A stretch of 32,000 nucleotides of DNA from positions 270,001 through 302,000 of the forward strand of contig OZ253438.1 in the NCBI GenBank assembly GCA_965261025.1. Direction: 5' to 3'. This stretch comes from Chlamydiales bacterium (GTDB lineage: Bacteria; Chlamydiota; Chlamydiia; Chlamydiales; SM23-39). Made by a program: the position numbers and the translations under genes. The notes beneath the pieces are model-generated. The model did no database searches, was not told the origin of the DNA, and saw only the letters and a program-made list of their open reading frames with translations. Numbering within the stretch: the stretch's first letter is position 1; the number at the start of each line of letters is the position of its first letter. Below are positions 25,398 through 32,000 of this stretch, piece after piece.

Positions 25398-26411
25398 TTA
25401 AGGAAAAGAGGGAATGGGAGGAGAAGGATTTCCCTCTATTACAATCCAGTCTTTTAAGATAATATCAGAATCGAGTCTTTTTCTAGATAAAAACCAGGGG
25501 GATCTAGCTATTACTTTTTTCTTTTTATAAGGATTTAAATAAGCACCCCACCAAGAAAAGGTAGAGGGAGAGGTAATGACACTTTTACAAAGACTCATAA
25601 GGTAAAGATCGTGATGAGCTTCTTCATTCTCTATGAATAAAAGCTTTTTTCCGGGAAGATTGAGGTTTTTTTTACACCAAGGAATTGAATCAGAAAAAAT
25701 AATAAAAAGAGAGTCTTTCTCGAAAAGATCTGCTGCTTTTTGATAGTATAAAAGATCAGGGGCTGGAAAATTTTTATAAATAGAAGGACCTTCTAGTAAG
25801 AAGTCCTTATAAAAAGTGCGTACATGGAGAGCCACTGTTTTGGGGTGTTTGAGTAAAAAGCCATATTTTCCCTCCAGATAGGAAAGGATCTTTTCCGATG
25901 GAGCAAATAGCTTCAAGATTTTTTCTTTGTGTTTGATGAAATGCTTCTCTGACTCATAAAAACCAGATAGTCGCATGTTTGGTTTAAAAGCAATAGGAGA
26001 AAAAGGGGCAAAGACTCTCTCTTTATGTTTATGTCTAATAAGGTATTTATGAATTCTTTTTACAGGCAGCCTGAAAAACACTTCTTCCATATTTTTAGCA
26101 AGATTTTGTTTTTCTATTTCTAAGCATTTTTCTGGGAGGAAGTATTCGGCCTTATTTTCCAAAGCAAGAGCAATGGTTGTAGCCATTTGAAAGAGCTGAT
26201 TTCCTAGCTGTCCTTCCGGCTTTATAGTAACAAAGGGAACGTGTTTTTCTAAAAAGGGGGATATAGGATCTTGGAATCTTTTTTGATAAAAAGGGGTAAT
26301 AGAGAAAAAAATCCAAGAAAAGCAAAAAAGGAGAAAAACAAGATAGTTAAAAATGGTGGTTTCCTTTTGCTTTTTTTCAAAGTTGCAGTGTAATTTGTGG
26401 ATAAGAAACAC
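25398..26411 (-). CDS. Glycosyltransferase family 11 (alpha-1,2-fucosyltransferase-like) with an N-terminal TM anchor
   Basis: 'GQLGNQLFQMATTIALA', 'ALHVRT', 'IIFSDSIPWCKKN' and 'DLYLMSLCKSVITSPSTFSWWGAYLN' correspond to the four GT11 motifs. Confidence 0.8.
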   Translation of the reverse strand: MFLIHKLHCNFEKKQKETTIFNYLVFLLFCFSWIFFSITPFYQKRFQDPISPFLEKHVPFVTIKPEGQLGNQLFQMATTIALALENKAEYFLPEKCLEIEKQNLAKNMEEVFFRLPVKRIHKYLIRHKHKERVFAPFSPIAFKPNMRLSGFYESEKHFIKHKEKILKLFAPSEKILSYLEGKYGFLLKHPKTVALHVRTFYKDFLLEGPSIYKNFPAPDLLYYQKAADLFEKDSLFIIFSDSIPWCKKNLNLPGKKLLFIENEEAHHDLYLMSLCKSVITSPSTFSWWGAYLNPYKKKKVIARSPWFLSRKRLDSDIILKDWIVIEGNPSPPIPSFP

Positions 26412-26443
26412 GGCAAGAAAAAAGGGTTTAATAGGAGGTTTTT

Positions 26444-27061
26444 TTGGGAAAAATTTTTATCCGGGGGCTTTTAGCAATTACCCCGCTTGCTTTAACTATT
26501 GCCTTGCTGGTTTGGATTTTTTCTGCTTTGGAAAAGGCTTTCAGTGTTCCTATCAAATCTTTTATGGGAGACTATTACTTTCCTGGACTGGGTATTTTGG
26601 TAGCGCTGGTTTTTATATTTTTCATAGGAACCATCATTAATAACTTTCTCATCCAAAAGGTTTATGCCTGGGGAGAAAGGCTTTTAAAAAAGATTCCCTT
26701 TATCAAAACCCTCTATGGAGCTATCTCGGATGTAACAGGTTTTTTTCATACCTCGCAAAAGCAAAAATTAGGTTCTGTAGTGACCTTTGATTTTCAAGGA
26801 ATTCGTGGGATTGGATTTGTTACTAGAGAAGACTTTGAAGGACTTCCAGAAAATTTAATTCAAAGAGAGGAAATGGCTGTCTATATTCCTTTTTCTTACC
26901 AGATAGGCGGATTTACCTTTTTTATCCCTAAAAACAAGGTAAAAAAATTGGATATGACAGTAGAAGAGGCCATGCGTTTTGTTTTGACTGCTGGAATTTT
27001 AAAGAATCAGAAAGAAACCAAAAAAGCGCCTACTAAAAAGGAAGAGCTTTACGATTATTAA
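26444..27061 (+). CDS. DUF502 family membrane protein
   Basis: 205 aa with two N-terminal TM segments. 'KIPFIKTLYGAISDV' and the C-terminal 'LDMTVEEAMRFVLTAG' match the DUF502 pattern. TTG start with a TAGGAGG RBS. Confidence 0.7.
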   Translation: MGKIFIRGLLAITPLALTIALLVWIFSALEKAFSVPIKSFMGDYYFPGLGILVALVFIFFIGTIINNFLIQKVYAWGERLLKKIPFIKTLYGAISDVTGFFHTSQKQKLGSVVTFDFQGIRGIGFVTREDFEGLPENLIQREEMAVYIPFSYQIGGFTFFIPKNKVKKLDMTVEEAMRFVLTAGILKNQKETKKAPTKKEELYDY

Positions 27062-27074
27062 GGCTTGGTGGAGT

Positions 27075-27740
27075 TCAAGTAGAAGTTTTTTTGGATGAGA
27101 AAGGATTGAGCCTTTTAGGTAGCCATTTTTGAGGATTCAGAGTTTTTAAAAGAGGCTTGATTCCTAAACTGTGAAGAGCTGATTTAAGTATTTCTTTCAA
27201 AATAGCAGACTCGATTTCCCCTATAGGAAAGTCTTCACTAGAAATATCTTGAAGCTTTAGGCTTTTTATTGGGGGGTATTTCTTTTGATCTCCTTTATGG
27301 GAAGTGATCGTTACTTCCAGATTTTCCAATAAAAGAGCTTGAATAAAGATAGATTTCTTTCCCGTATTTTTCCCTGTATCTTCTTGGAAAAAATGAGACC
27401 AATTAGAAAGAGTTTCCTTTTCATCAAAAAATTCTACATCCAAAGAGATATTTTTTAGATGAACAGAGGCAATTTCTATCCTATTTTTCCAAAGGGTATG
27501 GAGAGGGAGATTTATAGAAAAAAACTCTACGGAAAAAGCTTTTTCTGTCTTAGAGCCCGGGGGATTGTAAATAAGGAAGTTTTCTAAGATAAAGCCCTGG
27601 TTTCTATTCCAAGAAAGAGAGCCTATGCTCACTTGAGTATTTAGCTCCTTTGATAAGTAGAGTTCAACAAGAAACCTTTTGCCCATCCATAATCCCCACA
27701 AAAGAGCAAAAACTATAAAAACCCAAACCACCTTTTTCAT
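27075..27740 (-). CDS. Membrane-anchored protein, AsmA-N-terminal-like, paralogue of 27829-28545
   Basis: N-terminal anchor. 'IYNPPGSKTEKAFSVEFFSINL...NWSHFFQ' parallels 'IANPVRSKTRTAFSAKVIEADY...NWGRIFQ' in the divergent neighbour. Confidence 0.4.
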   Translation of the reverse strand: MKKVVWVFIVFALLWGLWMGKRFLVELYLSKELNTQVSIGSLSWNRNQGFILENFLIYNPPGSKTEKAFSVEFFSINLPLHTLWKNRIEIASVHLKNISLDVEFFDEKETLSNWSHFFQEDTGKNTGKKSIFIQALLLENLEVTITSHKGDQKKYPPIKSLKLQDISSEDFPIGEIESAILKEILKSALHSLGIKPLLKTLNPQKWLPKRLNPFSSKKTST

Positions 27741-27828
27741 AAGAAAAATAGAAAAACCCCACTATTTCACTACTGAATAAAAGAAGGAATTGTTATTAGT
27801 CAAATTAAAAATAGAGAATAGGTTTTTT

Positions 27829-28545
27829 ATGATCTTTTTTAAGAAAAAAACTCCTTTGTTTATATTTATTTTGGTTTTAGTTGTTTTTGTGTTTTTGTGG
27901 TTTATAAAAGCTCCTATTATGGCTTCTTATTTATCTCATAAGATGAAAGTAAGTGTTTCTATGCTTACGGTTAAATTAAGACCTACTACCTTGAAGATTC
28001 GTAGGTTCCATATAGCAAACCCTGTAAGATCAAAAACCCGGACAGCTTTTTCTGCCAAAGTGATTGAAGCAGATTATTCTTTGCAAGAGCTTTTTAGCAC
28101 TCCTTCGATAATCGATAGAATTGTATTGGATAATGTCTTTGTAGGAATAGAATTTTATAACCCCTTGGGAACAGATACCAATTGGGGTCGTATTTTTCAA
28201 AATATGAAAGAAAAACAGGCAAAAGGGAAAAAAGAAAAAGGCTTTACTATAAAAACGTTAATTATAAAAAATTTAGACCTAAGTATATATGGACTCGGTA
28301 TTGGGGGTGTTTTAGGACAAGCACAGAAGAAGCATTTTTCTCAGCTTGTTTTTCACAATATCCGAAGTAGTGATGGGTTTCCCACAGGACCTATTTTACA
28401 GACTATTTTCGATTCTTTAAATATTGAAAACTACTTGAAGAACTTCCTGCAGCCTGAAAAAGAGCTGAAGGAAATTTTCAATCCTTTTAAAAATTTTGGA
28501 TACAAAGAAAAACCGCCCAGAGTATCTCCTCAGGGCGGCTTTTGA
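27829..28545 (+). CDS. Membrane-anchored protein, AsmA-N-terminal-like, paralogue of 27075-27740
   Basis: ATG 27829 is preferred over TTG 27790. It has the same architecture and shared motifs as the divergent neighbour. Confidence 0.4.
   Translation: MIFFKKKTPLFIFILVLVVFVFLWFIKAPIMASYLSHKMKVSVSMLTVKLRPTTLKIRRFHIANPVRSKTRTAFSAKVIEADYSLQELFSTPSIIDRIVLDNVFVGIEFYNPLGTDTNWGRIFQNMKEKQAKGKKEKGFTIKTLIIKNLDLSIYGLGIGGVLGQAQKKHFSQLVFHNIRSSDGFPTGPILQTIFDSLNIENYLKNFLQPEKELKEIFNPFKNFGYKEKPPRVSPQGGF
28508..28543 (-). terminator. Rho-independent terminator for groESL, potentially bidirectional
   Basis: The stem ccgccc (28513-28518) pairs with gggcgg (28533-28538). It is flanked by an A-run upstream and a T-run downstream, so each strand reads hairpin followed by U-tract. 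Confidence 0.55.
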
Positions 28546-28567
28546 AAAAATAGAGAATCTTTTCTTG

Positions 28568-30220
<1,653 letters not shown>

Positions 30221-30535
30221 TTATTCTTCAATGATGGCAATTATATCATCCGCCCTAACTATGAGCAATTCTTCTTCCTTCACAACCACTTCCTGGCCAG
30301 AATATTTATCCACGAGGATGATATCCCCTACCTTTACGGAGATAGGAAGCGCTTTTCCCTCTTCGGAAATCTTTCCCGGGCCTACAGCCAAAACTTTTGC
30401 TTTTTCTTGTTTTTTCTTAGCTGTGTCTGGGAGAATAATGCCTCCTTTTAAGACCTCTTCTGGTTCCAGTCTTTTAGCAAGCACACGATTTCCTAAGGGT
30501 TGTAAAATAACTTTCTTTTCTGTTTGTGTCGCCAT
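30221..30535 (-). CDS. groES: Co-chaperonin GroES (Hsp10)
   Basis: 104 aa. 'LQPLGNRVLAKR...GGIILPDTAKKK...VGDIILVDKYSGQEV'. It lies 18 nt upstream of groEL. Confidence 0.95.
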   Translation of the reverse strand: MATQTEKKVILQPLGNRVLAKRLEPEEVLKGGIILPDTAKKKQEKAKVLAVGPGKISEEGKALPISVKVGDIILVDKYSGQEVVVKEEELLIVRADDIIAIIEE

Positions 30536-30602
30536 GCCGGTTGTACCTCCTGATATAGAATGACGTTTTTCATATACAGATCTTATGTTAAAAAGAGGTT
30601 TT

Positions 30603-30629
30603 TTAGCAAAGCATTTTGTTAACTGCTAA
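30603..30629. promoter_or_regulatory. CIRCE-like (HrcA operator) inverted repeat, degenerate
   Basis: TTAGCAaag-N9-aacTGCTAA sits 68 nt upstream of the groES start. The consensus is TTAGCACTC-N9-GAGTGCTAA. The outer 6 bp of each arm are perfect and the inner 3 bp do not pair. Confidence 0.5.
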
Positions 30630-30810
30630 TCTTCTCTTAAAAGAAAGTAAAAATTTTATTTACTTTGATAAGATCAAAAAGCGGAGAAGGGGTAGCTGGA
30701 AAATTAGGATTTATCGGTAACTCCCCTTGGTAACTCAAAAAAAAGCTGTAGTATAAAGGGAGAATGGATCAGACTGGGGGTGTTTTTTGGTTTGCTCTTT
30801 GAGAGGTTTT

Positions 30811-32000
30811 ATGGTTTTAGAAAGAAGTGAAGTTCCTCCTGAAAATTTTTGGAAAGTAGAAAGCTTATATGAGTCGATAGAAAAATGGAGGGAAGATTTA
30901 GAGGGTTTTTCAGAAAAAAAAGGGGACTTTTATTTTCCTGACATACAGAGGCATCGGGGAAACCTTCATTTGGGCTCCAAAGAAGTAGCCGAGACGTTAA
31001 ATCTTTACTTTGAAGTAGAGAGATTTCTATCTAAATTACACACTTATGCCCACTTAAGACATGATGAAGACTTGGAAAAGGAAGGTCCTAAAAAAGCAAA
31101 TGATACTATTTCTTCTTTATATCATCGGTTTTCTCAAGAGACAGCTTGGATAGAGCCAGAACTTTTACACCTTCCCGAAAACAGCTTTCAAAAGCTTTTA
31201 GAAGAGAAAGACTTGCAGTTATATAAAACCTATTTAACTCGGCTACATAGGATGCGTTTTCATACGTTAGGGGAAAAAGAAGAAGAGCTTCTAGCTATGA
31301 GCGCTAAATCCTTGCAGGGGTTTCATAAGGTTTTTTCTAATTTAAGTGGGATCGATATGGTTTTTGAACCAGCAGAGGATAGTGCGGGAAATAAGCAGGA
31401 ACTGACAGAGGGGACTTATTCCATTTACTTAAAGAGTGGAGATAGAAAACTAAGACAAGAATCTTATCAAAACTTACATGCAGGATACGAGTCTTTTCAA
31501 AACACGTTTTGTGAAATTTTAAAGGGAGAAGTCGAATCACAGGTTTTTTGTGCTAAGGCAAGGAGGTTTGAGGATTGTTTACAGGCGGCCATAAAGCCAA
31601 AAAATATAGATCGTTCTGTTTATGAAAGTCTTATCCAAGGAGTACAGGCAAGACTGGATCTTCTCCATCGTTATACGAAGCTTCGAAAAAAAATACTGAA
31701 GGTAGAAAACCTTTATCCTTACGATCTGTATGTTCCTTTAGTGGGAGAGGTAGAGGAAAAATGGGATTATAAACAGGCGGTCGATTTAGTTTTAGACTCT
31801 TTATCTCCTCTAGGAGATAAGTACAGGGCTATTTTAGAAAAAGGGCTGAAAGAAGAAGGCTGGGTGGATATTTATGAAAACAAAAGAAAACGATCTGGAG
31901 CCTATTCCAGCGGATGTTACGACAGTCATCCATACATTCTTCTCAATTATCACGGCTTTTTTTCTGATGTAACTACGTTGACTCATGAAGCAGGGCACAG
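30811..32000 (+). CDS. pepF: Oligoendopeptidase F (M3B family). The 3' end lies outside the window.
   Basis: The ORF is open from ATG 30811 to the window edge. 'RSGAYSSGCYDSHPYILLNY...TLTHEAGH' reaches the HExxH zinc motif at the window end. Confidence 0.9.
   Translation, partial: MVLERSEVPPENFWKVESLYESIEKWREDLEGFSEKKGDFYFPDIQRHRGNLHLGSKEVAETLNLYFEVERFLSKLHTYAHLRHDEDLEKEGPKKANDTISSLYHRFSQETAWIEPELLHLPENSFQKLLEEKDLQLYKTYLTRLHRMRFHTLGEKEEELLAMSAKSLQGFHKVFSNLSGIDMVFEPAEDSAGNKQELTEGTYSIYLKSGDRKLRQESYQNLHAGYESFQNTFCEILKGEVESQVFCAKARRFEDCLQAAIKPKNIDRSVYESLIQGVQARLDLLHRYTKLRKKILKVENLYPYDLYVPLVGEVEEKWDYKQAVDLVLDSLSPLGDKYRAILEKGLKEEGWVDIYENKRKRSGAYSSGCYDSHPYILLNYHGFFSDVTTLTHEAGH

Overview
The window appears to come from a low-GC Chlamydiae-type genome. 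That assignment is inferred from a GroEL/GroES pair very similar to chlamydial Hsp60/Hsp10, a roughly 400-aa DUF1207-like protein, an Inc-like bilobed membrane protein and a CIRCE-like operator. No search was run.

The window has two distinct parts, separated by a tRNA with a CAU anticodon at 10649-10722 (minus strand).

**Left of the tRNA (1-10648): a decaying accessory zone, visibly less AT-rich.**
- A HEPN/MNT toxin-antitoxin pair.
- A DUF1016 nuclease fragment.
- A Bcr/CflA-type MFS exporter.
- An internally deleted IS5-family transposase.
- A frameshifted APH-family kinase.
- A hicAB pair.
- Chloramphenicol acetyltransferase and RibD_C/DHFR-family gene fragments.
- The most interesting feature of the window, a polymorphic-toxin-like locus. 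It has a 711-aa gene with a signal peptide and a TM helix (4035-6170). It also has a 5'-truncated paralogue (about 8612-10209) that is near-identical over about 1.1 kb but carries an unrelated C-terminal module. Each of the two is followed by its own small ORF, which I read as putative immunity genes. An 80-nt stub of the conserved region abuts the tRNA.
- Two degenerate copies of the tRNA 3' half, each with a shared arm of about 130 bp (3771-3950 and 6913-7090), divide the zone like tandem att sites. No integrase gene is present.

**Right of the tRNA (10.7-32 kb): core-like genes.** These include ybeD-like, MFS, DUF1207, MYG1, HIT, DUF502, groES/groEL and pepF. Embedded among them is an unusual cluster at 15.4-26.4 kb:
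- A processive GT2 synthase with a QxxRW motif.
- GT25 and GT11 (fucosyltransferase-like) glycosyltransferases.
- A UDP-sugar pyrophosphorylase-like gene.
- Two HEAT-repeat envelope proteins.
- A polytopic histidine kinase whose ATP-binding boxes look degenerate.
- A 771-aa HPt-REC-REC-(degenerate GGDEF)-REC protein.

All family assignments were made by eye from motifs. No searches were run.
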